From the NCBI GenBank assembly GCA_963740475.1, contig CAVUEM010000012.1:23615-87614 (forward strand): a stretch of DNA of 64,000 bases, read 5' to 3'. Of the stretch, positions 38,251-48,446 are shown one piece after another. A program made the position numbers and the translations under genes. The number at the start of each line of letters is the position of its first letter. Position 1 is the first letter of the stretch. The notes under the pieces were generated by a model. It had not been told where the DNA came from and searched no databases. It was given only the letters and a program-made list of their open reading frames with translations. This DNA comes from an uncultured Alphaproteobacteria bacterium. GTDB lineage: Bacteria > Pseudomonadota > Alphaproteobacteria > Rhizobiales > Hyphomicrobiaceae.

Positions 38251-38541
38251 TCAGGGGCAGGCGACCTTCTTCATGAACGCCTTGTCGGCGTAGCCGTCGA
38301 TCGCGTCCTTGCGCACGGCACACCAGTACCCGCGCAGCGTGCACAAAAGCTTGCGCTTCTCGAGGATGTCCCCCTTCGACGCCGTGGTCAGGATATCGGA
38401 GTTGCTGTAGGGACGGGCGCGAATGTGCAGGCTCGCGGCCGTAACCTCGAAGCAGCCGTAAGTCGCGGCCTTCACGTTGGGGACCGAGGCAAGCGTCGCC
38501 GCTGCGGCGCCGGCAATCGCCATCGCCAAGTAGCCTTTCAT
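38251..38541 (-). CDS. Small secreted bacterial SH3-like protein
   Basis: Signal peptide; LHIRARP..S.IL, GYWC.V and GYADKAFM resemble the SH3b pattern. Four Cys. Confidence 0.65.
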   Translation of the reverse strand: MKGYLAMAIAGAAAATLASVPNVKAATYGCFEVTAASLHIRARPYSNSDILTTASKGDILEKRKLLCTLRGYWCAVRKDAIDGYADKAFMKKVACP

Positions 38542-38639
38542 GGCATTCCTCCCACTCGTTATTCCCCGCGCCAGCCTCCTACTTCTCCATTTTGGCCGAA
38601 AGTGTGACAAGGGTGCGGTCAGCGCCCGGCAGGGCCGGC

Positions 38640-39476
38640 CTAAGCCAGGAAGTCCCCCGCCGCGAGGGCCGAGACATTCTTTACCAGGATCTGGAAATCG
38701 GGTGCCGCATCGCCGTTCGTGTCGCCCTCGACCAACACGCCCGGACCGGCAATATCCTTGTAGTGCAGCTCGCCTTTGACGTGGTGGAAGGCCTGGAGCC
38801 CGATCCATTTGAACGCGTCGTTGCCGATCGTGCCGGCCTTGGCATCGATGCCCCTCAAGTCGATGTCGTCGCCCGTGTTGTTGTTGCCGCGCTGGAAGTC
38901 GGTGATCACGTCGTAATTGGCGGCGCCCGGCCGCGACTCGAGGACGGAGATGAAGTTGAATAGGTCGCGCTGCGTGCCCCCTGTCAGCGTATCCTTGCCA
39001 AGGCCGCCGTGCAGGATATCCGAGGCCGCGCCACCCCGCAGGAAGTCGTTCCCCGCTCCGCCGTCGGCGAGATCGTTGCCGCCATTGCAGTTGATGATGT
39101 CGCCGCCGTTGAACCCTGCCAAGTAGTCGTTTTTCGACCAGCCGTTGAGGATGTCGTTGCCCCTGAAGATGAGCGCATTGTTCTGTGCCGGGCTTTGATC
39201 GAAGACGAGGGCTCCCGAGAGCGAAACATTCATGATGGTCTCGTAGACAATAGTGTTTGCCGCGTTGCTTCGCGTCAGGCTAGTGATCGTACCACCAACG
39301 ACGTCCGGGCCGCCGTAGACGAAGCCGCTCCCAAAAAAATTGGTAATGGTTGCGTCCGTGTTGGCGAGGACGATGCGCGTCGAGGTCGAATCCGCAGTCG
39401 CCCCCGAGTTGCCGACGACGAGAAACCAAAAAGACGTCGGAGCCCCTGGCACTTCCCTGTGTGTATAGATGGCCAT
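38640..39476 (-). CDS. RTX-repeat Ca-binding secreted protein with serralysin-like C-terminus and no catalytic domain
   Basis: Nonapeptide repeats (NGGNDLADGGAGNDFLRGGAASDILHGGLGKDTLTGG), then DIDLRGIDA..GNDAFKWIG..EGDTNGD..PDFQI. Confidence 0.85.
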   Translation of the reverse strand: MAIYTHREVPGAPTSFWFLVVGNSGATADSTSTRIVLANTDATITNFFGSGFVYGGPDVVGGTITSLTRSNAANTIVYETIMNVSLSGALVFDQSPAQNNALIFRGNDILNGWSKNDYLAGFNGGDIINCNGGNDLADGGAGNDFLRGGAASDILHGGLGKDTLTGGTQRDLFNFISVLESRPGAANYDVITDFQRGNNNTGDDIDLRGIDAKAGTIGNDAFKWIGLQAFHHVKGELHYKDIAGPGVLVEGDTNGDAAPDFQILVKNVSALAAGDFLA

Positions 39477-40022
39477 ACGCGCCTCCCCACTAGCCGTTCA
39501 GGCAGATAGCTGATGCTCGTCTCAACGATGATCATTGCACGAAGATCGTGCCAACCATACTTATTAAGTTTTTTCGACAAGTTGCGTCGCTTGCGCACCG
39601 GGAAGCGCAGTCATCACGACAGATCGTCTTATAGCGCGCCTAGCGCCGGACACTCGGCCGATCTCTCGATTTGCGCAGAACGATTGGCCCGCCAGCACTC
39701 CGTGAACGGGAGGGCCAGCCTCAACGCGTGTGGGAAGGCCGGCTTTTCAGGGAACTCTCGAGCGCAAAGCGCGTAGGGAGGATCGCATCGTCCGCCCCCT
39801 TTCACCCGTGTCGATACCTGAGGCCGGGCGTGATGCACCGTTCACGGCCGTGCACGTGGGGCGGCGCCCTGCTTGCCCCGGGTGGCGCCAATTACAGCGT
39901 TCGGCGGCCCTTCTGACGATTTTCTCGCCCTGTGGCCAATCTCGACAAATTTCCTCCATGTCCCCATGATGGCATTGCGGTCTCGATGACATCATCAGTC
40001 CAGCGCATGGGGGAGGTTCCAA

Positions 40023-40529
40023 GTGTTCAGCCGCACAAATTCAGATACCAATCTTCCGAGGCCGGCCACGGGGCCAGCCCCTTCCGGCAACTCGCAGGGA
40101 GCCGCGCCGTCACGCGCCTCGCCCTTCGGCGCCGCGTCCGTCATGGGCTCCTCCGTGATCGGCACCGATCTCACGATCCTCGGCGACAAGATCACCATCA
40201 TCTCGCAGAACAAGCTGCAGATCGACGGTGACGTGAGAGGCGACGTCAACGGCCGCCAGGTGATCATCGGCGAGGACGGATCGGTCGTCGGCACGGTCTC
40301 GGCCGAGAGCATCGAGGTGCGCGGCGGCGTCCGCGGCGCGATCCGCGCTCAGAACGTCACGCTCCACCCGACCGCCGAGGTCGAGGGCGACATCTACCAT
40401 CAGACGCTTTCGATCTCGGAGGGCGCGCAATTCGACGGCCGCGTGCGCCGCGCCAAGGACGCGAACGAGCTTGCGCCCATGCTCGACGTGAATGCGTTTC
40501 CGTCCACGCCAACGTCGCAGAGCGGCTAA
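40023..40529 (+). CDS. Bactofilin (polymer-forming cytoskeletal protein)
   Basis: SVIGTDLTILG, LQIDGDVRGDV, VIIGEDGSVVG, VRGGVRGAI and AEVEGDIYHQTLSISEGAQFDG motifs. GGAGG RBS. Confidence 0.92.
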   Translation: MFSRTNSDTNLPRPATGPAPSGNSQGAAPSRASPFGAASVMGSSVIGTDLTILGDKITIISQNKLQIDGDVRGDVNGRQVIIGEDGSVVGTVSAESIEVRGGVRGAIRAQNVTLHPTAEVEGDIYHQTLSISEGAQFDGRVRRAKDANELAPMLDVNAFPSTPTSQSG

Positions 40530-40612
40530 CGCTCGTCCGCTCCACGAGCGAACGGAGCGGCGTCTGACATGGTCCGCCGGAGCGAGCCCATGCCAGACGT
40601 AGCCGATCCGCC

Positions 40613-40924
40613 TCAGAAGCCCTTGCGTCCGACGCTGTTGGCGTCGATGCACGCGGTATAGATGCGGATGTCGCGGCCGACGAACTGGCACACGTTGCGC
40701 TTCAGGTTGGGGTTGTTGCGCACCTCCGCAGCCGAGACTTTCATGCCGCGCTCCTGCGCGACCTGGGCGACGAGCGCATCCTGGCAATAGGGCGTCGCAA
40801 TCAGCGAGCCGTTGACGATCTGATTGCCGCTGACGCATTTGATGGCCGCCGTGGCCGGCAGCGACGCAGCGAGGCTCAGAAACGGCAGCGCAGCAATGCC
40901 TGCCGCCAAAGCAAGACGTGACAT
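40613..40924 (-). CDS. Small secreted four-Cys hypothetical protein
   Basis: Signal peptide, TPYCQD..VAQVA, NNPN.K..VC and I.TAC motifs. AGGAG RBS. Confidence 0.7.
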   Translation of the reverse strand: MSRLALAAGIAALPFLSLAASLPATAAIKCVSGNQIVNGSLIATPYCQDALVAQVAQERGMKVSAAEVRNNPNLKRNVCQFVGRDIRIYTACIDANSVGRKGF

Positions 40925-41126
40925 GGACAATCTCCTAGGGTTGGATTCCGGCGGGGGTCGCCGGTCGTGATCCCTCTTACGTAGGTGTCGGCGACTGCGG
41001 TTCTCTGCTCACGCACGGAACAGGCGCGCGAGCGTGCGGCCGTCCGCAAAGGGCGTGCGCATCCTTCGGGTTCCATGTAATTAAGGGCGCTTGGCGGGGG
41101 AGTTCAAGGCGTCCAGGGAATGCCCA

Positions 41127-42098
41127 ATGCTCACCATTTACGACACGACAGGCCATAGCCTGCTAAAGCACAACGAGACCGCGCCGATCACCAAGGACAC
41201 TGTCTGGTTCGATCTCGTCAATCCCGACCCCCGAGGAAGACCGTCGCGTCGAAGGCCTGCTCGGGATCTCGGTGCCGACGCGCGACGAGATGCGCGAGAT
41301 CGAGCTGTCGAGCCGCTTCTACCATGAGGGCGGCGCCACCTACATGACGGCGTTCATCGTCCACAACATCGAGACGGTGGCGCCGACCGGCTCGACCGTC
41401 ACCTTTATCCTTTCCGGCAATGCCCTCGTGACCGTGCGCTACGCCGAGCCCAAGGCGTTCGCCATGTTCCTGCAGCGCGTCACCAAGGGCGACGCGAGCT
41501 GCGCCTCGGGCGCCGCCATCTTGATCGGGTTGATCGAGACCCTGATCGAGCGCAAGGCCGACCTCGTCGAGCTCATCCAGGATCGCGCCGACGTCGTGGC
41601 ACAGGCTGTCTTCGATATCTCGGGGCGAGGCGCAAGGGCGAGCGCAAGCTCGAAAATCTCCTCAAGGGAACCGGCACGCAGGGCGACACGGTCGCCCGCG
41701 CCCAGGAAAGCGCGACCTCGCTCGAGCGGGTCCTGCACTTCTTCCACACGGCGGCGTGCGACAGGAACTGCGACCAGAAAATCATTCAGCGCATCGCCAC
41801 CGCGGAAAAGGACATCGCCTCGCTGATGGAGAACATGCGGTTCTTGTCGAGCCGCATGAACTTCCTGCTCGACGCGACGCTCGGCATGATCTCGACCGAG
41901 CAGAACCAGATCATCAAGCTGTTCTCGGTCATGGCCGTCATGCTGATGCCGCCCACGCTCGTCGCATCCGTCTACGGCATGAACTTCCGCCACATGCCCG
42001 AGCTCGAGTGGCTCGAAGGCTACCCGATGGCTCTCATCTTGATGTTCTTTTCCGCGCTCATCCCGTTCCTCTATTTCCGCCGCAAGGGCTGGCTGTAG
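41127..42098 (+). CDS. corA: CorA-family Mg2+ transporter (two apparent compensating frameshifts, ~41225 and ~41623)
   Basis: WFDLVNP, PTRDEMREIELSSRFY, FLLDATLGMI..EQN.IIK and PPTLVASVYGMNF (GMN motif). Both breaks lie in homopolymers (CCC, GGGG). Confidence 0.85.
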
Positions 42099-42150
42099 CT
42101 CCTCGGACGCATGCCGTCGTTCGACGAGTACGACGTGAGAGCCTGGCGGC

Positions 42151-43473
42151 TCATACGAGATGCCAGAGCAGAGAGGCGGCCGCGCAGACGGCCAGCGTCG
42201 TGGCAATGCCGCGATGGAGCGCGAACAAGAGCGCGAACGCCAGCGCGGCGAGCGCGACGGCAAGCGGCTGCAGCGAGGCGGGATCGGGCACCGCGAGGTT
42301 CAACGGCCCGACGTGCATCTCGCCGACCGTTGCGAAGAGGACGTGCAAGGCGAACCAAACCGTCAGATTGAGGATGACGCCGACGACTGCGGCCGTCACC
42401 GCTGCGAGCGCCGACTTCAAGCGCGGTTCCGCATTGAGCCGCTCGATGTAGGGAGCGCCTGCGAAGATCCAGAGGAAGCAAGGGGCGAACGTCGCCCAGA
42501 GGGTCACGAGCGCGCCGAGGAACCCCAGGGCGAGCGGAGATCCGCCGCCGTGGCGGGCCGCCGCGAGGACGCCGACGAACTCGTTGACGAGGATGAGGGG
42601 TCCCGGCGTCGTCTCGGCGAGGCCCAGCGCATCGAGCATCTCGCCCGGCGCGAGCCAGGCGTATCCTTGCACTACCTCCTGCGCCATGTAGGCGAGAACG
42701 GCATAGGCGCCGCCGAACGTCACGACGGCGAGCTTGGAGAAGAACCAGGCGAGATCGGCGAGCACATGATCCGAGCCGAATACGAGCGTAACGCCCGCGA
42801 GGGGCACGATCCAAATCGCGAGCCAGAGAGAAATCGTCATCGCCGTCTCGGCGAGGCTCGTGCGCGTTGCCAGCCCGGCGGCTTCGGCCGCGACGGGCGG
42901 CGAGCGGTTGAAATAGAAGCCGACGAGCGCGGCCACGAGCACGATCACCGGAAACGGCACGGCGAAGGCGAAGATTGCGGCGAAGGCCGCCGCGGCGATG
43001 ACCCAATCGAGGGGCTCCTTGAGCGCCCGGCGCGCCACGCGAAGGAGCGCCTCGACGACGATCGCGAGGACGGCCGCCTTGATGCCGACGAACGCGGCCT
43101 CGACGATGGGGACCTTGCCGAACCAAAAATAGGCGAGCGCCAGCGCCAGCATGAGAGCGGCGCCGGGAAGCACGAACAATAGGCCCGCCGCAAGCCCGCC
43201 TCGCACCCCGTGCAGGCGCCATCCGGCATAGGTCGCGAGTTGCATCGCCTCGGGACCGGGCAGCAGCATGCAAAAATTGAGGGCGGAGAGGAAGCGTGGC
43301 TCGTCGATCCATTTCTTCTCATCGACGAGCACCCGGTGCATGAGCGCGATCTGCCCCGCCGGACCGCCGAACGACATCACGCCGATCTTCGCCCACACCT
43401 CGAGGGCTTCGCCGAACGACGGCGCGGCGGCGGCGCACGGCTTGCCCCGGTCAGCGGTGTTTTCGGTTTCCAC
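42151..43473 (-). CDS. chrA: Chromate efflux transporter (long-chain CHR)
   Basis: SFGGPAGQIALMHR, LPGPEAMQLATY.GW, VVTFGGAYAVL and ETTPGPLI motifs. Confidence 0.93.
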   Translation of the reverse strand: METENTADRGKPCAAAAPSFGEALEVWAKIGVMSFGGPAGQIALMHRVLVDEKKWIDEPRFLSALNFCMLLPGPEAMQLATYAGWRLHGVRGGLAAGLLFVLPGAALMLALALAYFWFGKVPIVEAAFVGIKAAVLAIVVEALLRVARRALKEPLDWVIAAAAFAAIFAFAVPFPVIVLVAALVGFYFNRSPPVAAEAAGLATRTSLAETAMTISLWLAIWIVPLAGVTLVFGSDHVLADLAWFFSKLAVVTFGGAYAVLAYMAQEVVQGYAWLAPGEMLDALGLAETTPGPLILVNEFVGVLAAARHGGGSPLALGFLGALVTLWATFAPCFLWIFAGAPYIERLNAEPRLKSALAAVTAAVVGVILNLTVWFALHVLFATVGEMHVGPLNLAVPDPASLQPLAVALAALAFALLFALHRGIATTLAVCAAASLLWHLV

Positions 43474-44139
43474 GTCTCACCCCTTGCCTTGGCGCGTGGC
43501 GGCTCGGCAGAGAGAGACGTTTTTCGCCTCCAAATGAGAAGGAGACGCGACATCAATGCGGATTGTGAGCCGATGAGCCACACGGGCCTCGCCGCGGCGC
43601 TTGGGCGAGAGCCTGACGGGGCGGCCGGTCGAGCCCCAAGATCAGTCTGCGCTCGCCCCGCCCCGAGAGCAAGAGCGTCGAAGCGAGCAAGCCCCGGCAG
43701 CCTGGCGTTCCGCAATGAGCGACGATGCTGCGCTGCATTGCTGCCGCGTTTTCGACACATTCTCAGCCTGTTGAATTGTCTCGTTACGATGGAATATGTG
43801 CGACCGGCCGTCGCAGACTCTTGCAGCGCATGATGAATTTCCTTCGCAATTTCAACCCCCTCGGAATTTGTCTCTGAATATCGTTCAGATTTCTCGATTG
43901 ACCCTCACCGGCCGGGCCTGTTCGGTCGCCTCGCCAGGACGGGGGAACACGCAAGGCCCCCGCTAAGGTTCGGCGACACAACAGGTTCTGGTGTTGCGCT
44001 GAGGCTCCCCCGATTGCCGGGGCTGATCGGACCCGTCCCTCCCCCCGAGGACACGGGGCTGAGCAAGGAACCGAGGGGCCCACAGCGGGACTTGGTTCGT
44101 GAGCGTCCGCACTGTCGCTGCCGAGAAGGAGATATCATC

Positions 44140-44673
44140 ATGCGTTACGTCGCCGTCGCCGCCATTGCGGCTCTGGCCATCGGATTTGCCGACGCTCGTC
44201 CCGCGAGCGCGGCGTGGCAGTGCATGGGCCCGGAGGCCTCCTGCATCAAGACCAGCGCCAAGCCGGCGCATAAGGCGAAGTCCAAGAGCGCGTACTCGAA
44301 GACCTACAAGGCCAAGCAGCGCGTGGCGAGCCACAAGACGAAGAAGAAGAGCTATAGCCCGGTGGCAAGCGGCAGCTATTCGGGCGGCGGCGGCGGCTCG
44401 GTCGGGATCGCTTCCTACTACTGGCAGGGCACACGGACGGCCTCGGGCGCCGCGTTCAACCCGAGCGGGATGACGGCGGCTCATAGATCGCTGCCGTTTG
44501 GCACCCGTGTTCTCGTGACATCGATGGCGACGGGACGCTCGGTCACGGTCACGATCAACGACCGCGGGCCGTTCGTGAAGGGCCGTATCATCGACCTTTC
44601 GCGCGGCGCGGCGAGCGCACTCGGCATCACCGGCGCCGGCCTCGCCCGCGTCCAGGTGGCCGTCGTCAACTGA
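44140..44673 (+). CDS. rlpA: RlpA-family septal lytic transglycosylase-like protein (DPBB domain)
   Basis: [25 protein letters not shown] and [17 protein letters not shown] motifs. AAGGAG RBS, signal peptide, Lys/Ser-rich linker. Confidence 0.9.
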   Translation: MRYVAVAAIAALAIGFADARPASAAWQCMGPEASCIKTSAKPAHKAKSKSAYSKTYKAKQRVASHKTKKKSYSPVASGSYSGGGGGSVGIASYYWQGTRTASGAAFNPSGMTAAHRSLPFGTRVLVTSMATGRSVTVTINDRGPFVKGRIIDLSRGAASALGITGAGLARVQVAVVN

Positions 44674-44698
44674 GACGCAGCGCAGCTAGCTGATACGA

Positions 44699-44730
44699 GG
44701 GCGGCGGAGCCAAGGGCTTCGCCGCCCTTT
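44699..44730 (+). terminator. Probable intrinsic terminator after rlpA
   Basis: 13-bp stem GGGCGGCGGAGCC/GGCTTCGCCGCCC (one G-U pair), 3-nt loop, followed by TTT. Confidence 0.6.
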
Positions 44731-44843
44731 CGCGTCACGGAGGCATGTCACGGCCGGTAACCCGGTCGCTTGCGTCTCGTTTGCAGGGAGCAGGAAAAAA
44801 CCGGTATGTTCGGATAAGAGCCCATCACGAGGAAGCCCGGCCC

Positions 44844-45631
44844 ATGAAACCGTCCCTACCCCGCAAGGAGCGCGCGGCGGCCCTCGTGCTCATTCGAACA
44901 GCGATGGTGGAGAAGAAGCTGACGCAGGCGGAGCTTGCCGACACCGCCGACTGCCACGAGAAGACCATCCAGAACCTGCTCCACGGCAAGTCGGTGCGCG
45001 AGCAGACGCTGTTCGACGTCGCCATGGTGCTCGGGCTCGACTACCAGCGCCTCAAGGAAGCCTGGTTCGGCTCTATGTCGACGGCCCAGCCGATGGAGCT
45101 CAAGGGTGAGGGAGGCGTCGTCGCGCCCACCTACATGGGCGCCTACACGCGCGCCGCCGTCGACCACTACATCGGCAGCTATCTGACGCTGCGCCCGGCC
45201 TTCGCCAAGCCGCAAGCCATCGTCGCCTACCGCACCGACATCATCTGGGATCCCGAGTGGCCGAGCCTGCTCTTCGAGGAGCGCGACCGGCCCGACGCGC
45301 CGTTCTCCCACCGCGGCCGGCTCTACATCCCCGCATCCTCCAGTTTCATCCACCTCGTCTCGCTCACCAAAGGCGCGATGCGCATGATCCTCGTCACGCA
45401 GATCGACCAGGCGGGCGAGATGCGCGGCCTCATCACGACGCTCAACAAGCAGAGGGCGATGTTCGTGCCGGTCTCGGCGCCGATCGTCTACGTGAAGCGG
45501 GCCGACTTCAAGGGAGCGGTGCTCGGCGAGCGTGACGCCGGGCAGCACGGCCTATCGAGGCCTACAAGGCGCTTCTCGATGCGACGACCGAGGAGGGCTA
45601 CGCCCGCCTCGTCTCGCCTCCCAGCGGCTAG
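44844..45631 (+). CDS. XRE-family HTH protein with uncharacterised C-terminal domain (apparent extra C at ~45531 and ~45556)
   Basis: LTQAELADTADCHEKTIQNL HTH motif. Deleting the two bases restores ...LGEVTPGSTAYEAYKALLDATTEEGYARLV to the TAG at 45631. Confidence 0.7.
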
Positions 45632-45709
45632 TCGCGGGTCTGGAGATGCTCGCGCTGGCGAGGTCTGATGGTGTAGCGATCGCCGTCGCGAAATCCCGGA
45701 CGACGACAG

Positions 45710-46103
45710 GTGACGAAGAAAGCCGCAACTTCCAAGCCATCGCCAAGGCGGTCCTCGAGGCGGCCTTGCCCTCAGCTGCGCGTCATCGTCGGCGAGGGCA
45801 TGGTCCTCGGACCCGGCAAGATCGAGCTCATCGAGGCCATCGCCCGGACGGGCTCGATCTCGGCCGCAGGGCGAGCGATGGGAATGTCCTATCGGCGCGC
45901 GTGGCTTCTCGCGGACGCCCTGAACCACATGTTTCGCCAGCTCCGTCATCGTTGCTGCGATCGGCGGCGCGAGGGGCGGCGGCGCCGAGCTCACGGACTT
46001 CGGCCGTGCCCTCGCGGCGGCCTACCGGCGGGCGGAAGCTCGGACACGGATCGCCGTCGAGGAGGAGCTCGCGCCCTTGACGCCGAAGCGTTCCCCTGGC
46101 TGA
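45710..46103 (+). CDS. modE: ModE-type winged-helix regulator, N-terminal-domain-only form (apparent frameshift ~45940)
   Basis: LGPGKIELIEAI.RTGSISAAGRAMGMSYRRAWLL, continuing in the +1 frame as GGARGGGAELTDFG. Confidence 0.8.
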
Positions 46104-46190
46104 CAGAACCCCGCGTCCGCCCCGCTCGGCGATAGCAGAGCGAGCGCGTCAATCAGGCGCTCGTCCGCCGGCTTCCCCTGAGCAGCATTC

Positions 46191-46214
46191 CGATATATCT
46201 GTCGGTGCATAGCG
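46191..46214 (+). promoter_or_regulatory. Putative ModE-binding Mo-box
   Basis: CGATATAT-N8-GCATAGCG resembles the CGNTATAT-N7/8-(T/C)ATANCG Mo-box. Lies 23 bp upstream of modA and next to modE. Confidence 0.6.
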
Positions 46215-46236
46215 CAACGGATACAGGGTGGATGCT

Positions 46237-47023
46237 ATGGGGTTGGCTCGTCGGACCTTTCTTGCAGTGCTTGCGTGCGTCGCATTCGGCTCCGGCGCTA
46301 TTCCTGCCCTTGGGGAGCAGCCGGCACCCGATGTCGTCGTCTTTGCCGCGGCGAGCTTGAAGAATGCGCTCGATGCCGCGACAGCCGACTGGCAAAAGGA
46401 GCAGGGCGCAAAAGCGACCATCTCCTATGCGTCGAGCTCCGCCCTCGCCAAGCAGATCGAGCAAGGGGCGCCGGCGGCTCTCTTCATCTCGGCCGATCTC
46501 GATTGGATGGACTACCTCGCCGGGAAGGGCCTCATCGACGAGAAGAGCCGCTCGAACCTACTCGGCAACAGCCTCGTGCTGATCGTGCCGAAGGGCGCCG
46601 CGGCGCCGGCCGAGATCAACAAAGGCTTCGATCTCGCAAAGCTCCTCGGCGGCGGGCGCCTCGCGGTGGGCGAGGTCGAGCTCGGTGCCGGCTGGAAAGT
46701 ACGCCAAGGCCGCGCTCGAATACCTCGGCATCTGGCCCTCCGTCGCCGACCGTCTCGCCCAGGCGGAGAACGTCCGCGCGGCTCTTGCCCTCGTCTCGCG
46801 CAAAGAGGCTGCGGCCGGTATCGTTTACAAGACGGACGCGGCGGCCGACAAGGAGGTGTCCGTGGTCGGCACCTTTCCGGAGGAGATCGCATCCTCCGAT
46901 CGTCTACCCGATCGCGCTCGTCAAAGCGGCCTCGAACGCCAACGCCGCCGCGCTCCTCGAGTTCTGAAATCGGACAAGGCGAAGGCCATATTCGAAGCCC
47001 AGGGTTTCACGGTAACGAAGTGA
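46237..47023 (+). CDS. modA: Molybdate ABC periplasmic protein (three apparent indels, ~46681, ~46886, ~46964)
   Basis: VVFAAASL, SYASSSALAKQIEQGAPA.LFISAD, LLGNSLVLI, VPAGKYAK, ENVRAAL and HPPIVYP motifs spread across frames. Confidence 0.85.
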
Positions 47024-47061
47024 CAGCCCACCCGAGGGAGGGCAGGAAGAAGTGGAGTCCC

Positions 47062-47757
47062 TTGTTCGCACTTAGTCCCGACGAGCAGCTGGCCGTAGCC
47101 TTGAGCCTCAAGGTGGCAAGCGTCGCTACGCTGGTGAGCCTGCCGTTCGGTATCGGCGTAGCCTACCTGCTGGCGCGCACCCAGATTCCGGGCAAGTCTT
47201 TGCTCAACGTGCTCGTCCACCTCCCCCTCGTCATGCCGCCCGTCGTCACCGGCTACCTGCTCCTCATTCTGTTCGGCAAGAACGGCCCCTTGGGTAAGTT
47301 CTTCGCCGACTATCTCGGGATCGTTTTCTCCTTCAGATGGACCGGCGCGGCGCTCGCCTGCGGGGTGATGGCGTTCCCGCTGCTCGTGCGCGCGATACGT
47401 CTCTCCATCGAGGCGATCGACAGGCGTTACGAGGAGGCGGCGGCGACGCTCGGCGCCGCGCCGGCCTGGATTTTCGCCACCGTCACGCTCCCGCTCGCGC
47501 TCCCGGGGTTGATCGCCGGAATGGTGCTCGCCTTCGCCAAAGCTATCGGCGAGTTCGGCGCGACGATCACCTTCGTATCCAACATACCCGGCGAGACGCA
47601 GACGCTGCCGACGGCCATTTACACCTTGACGCAGGTGCCCGGCGGGGATGCCGGCGCCATGCGGCTGACCATCATCGCCATCGCCATCTCGGCCGTCGCC
47701 CTTCTCGTGTCGGAAGCGCTGGCGCGGCGTACCGGACAGAGGCTCGAGCTCGGATGA
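47062..47757 (+). CDS. modB: Molybdate ABC permease
   Basis: [45 protein letters not shown] and [10 protein letters not shown] motifs. Start uncertain. Confidence 0.92.
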   Translation: MFALSPDEQLAVALSLKVASVATLVSLPFGIGVAYLLARTQIPGKSLLNVLVHLPLVMPPVVTGYLLLILFGKNGPLGKFFADYLGIVFSFRWTGAALACGVMAFPLLVRAIRLSIEAIDRRYEEAAATLGAAPAWIFATVTLPLALPGLIAGMVLAFAKAIGEFGATITFVSNIPGETQTLPTAIYTLTQVPGGDAGAMRLTIIAIAISAVALLVSEALARRTGQRLELG

Positions 47758-48446
47758 GGATCGCGGTCGCCGCCGAGAAGAGGCTCGGTCAATTCGCGCT
47801 CGACGTCGCGCTTGACGTCGAGGATCGCATCGTCGCCGTGGTCGGCCCGTCAGGGGCGGGAAAAACCACCCTGCTCAACCTCATCGCCGGCCTCTTGCGT
47901 CCCGATTCCGGCCGCATCGCCATTGACGGGGCGACGCTCGTCGACACGGGCCGAGGCATCTGGTTGCCGCCGCACCGGCGGCGTCTCGGCTACGTCTTCC
48001 AGGACGGACGCCTGCTCCCTCACCTCTCCGTGCGCCAGAACCTGCTCTATGGCCGCTGGTTCATGGGGCGGGGCGCGGAAGCACAAGGCCTCGCGCGCAT
48101 CGTCGAGCTACTGGGCCTCTCCCATCTCCTCGAGCGGTGGCCGTCGCGGCTGTCGGGAGGCGAGAAGCAGCGCGTCGCCATCGGCAGGGCCTTGCTGTGC
48201 GATCCGCGCCTGCTGCTCATGGACGAGCCGATGTCGTCGCTCGACGCGCAGCGAAAGGCCGAGATCCTGCCCTACTTCGAGCGGCTGCGCGACGAGACCC
48301 GTGTTCCGATCGTCTACGTCAGCCATTCCGCTCCCGAGGTGGAGCGCCTTGCCAGCACGTTCGTCGTCCTCGACAGCGGCCGCGTCCGTTTCGTCGGCAG
48401 CGCCGCCGAGGCCCTTCTCCACGTCATTCCGGCGACCGCGATCTAG
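47754..48446 (+). CDS. modC: Molybdate ABC ATP-binding protein (short form without TOBE domain)
   Basis: [48 protein letters not shown] and LMDEP motifs. ATGA overlap with modB. Confidence 0.92.
   Translation: MRIAVAAEKRLGQFALDVALDVEDRIVAVVGPSGAGKTTLLNLIAGLLRPDSGRIAIDGATLVDTGRGIWLPPHRRRLGYVFQDGRLLPHLSVRQNLLYGRWFMGRGAEAQGLARIVELLGLSHLLERWPSRLSGGEKQRVAIGRALLCDPRLLLMDEPMSSLDAQRKAEILPYFERLRDETRVPIVYVSHSAPEVERLASTFVVLDSGRVRFVGSAAEALLHVIPATAI

Noticed and set aside
43474-43860. Fluoride or other riboswitch upstream of chrA
   Set aside because: No recognisable consensus found on the minus strand by eye.
43930-44060. c-di-AMP (ydaO) riboswitch upstream of rlpA
   Set aside because: GGACGGGGGAAC resembles part of the motif, but the GCUAACC..CGUA and GGGGUGAAUC elements are missing.
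41127-47062. Apparent pseudogene cluster or programmed frameshifting (corA x2, XRE x2, modE, modA x3, possibly the modB start)
   Set aside because: All are isolated single-base indels with conserved coding sequence on both sides, no nonsense decay and no slippery heptamers. This pattern fits locally poor long-read consensus rather than biology.
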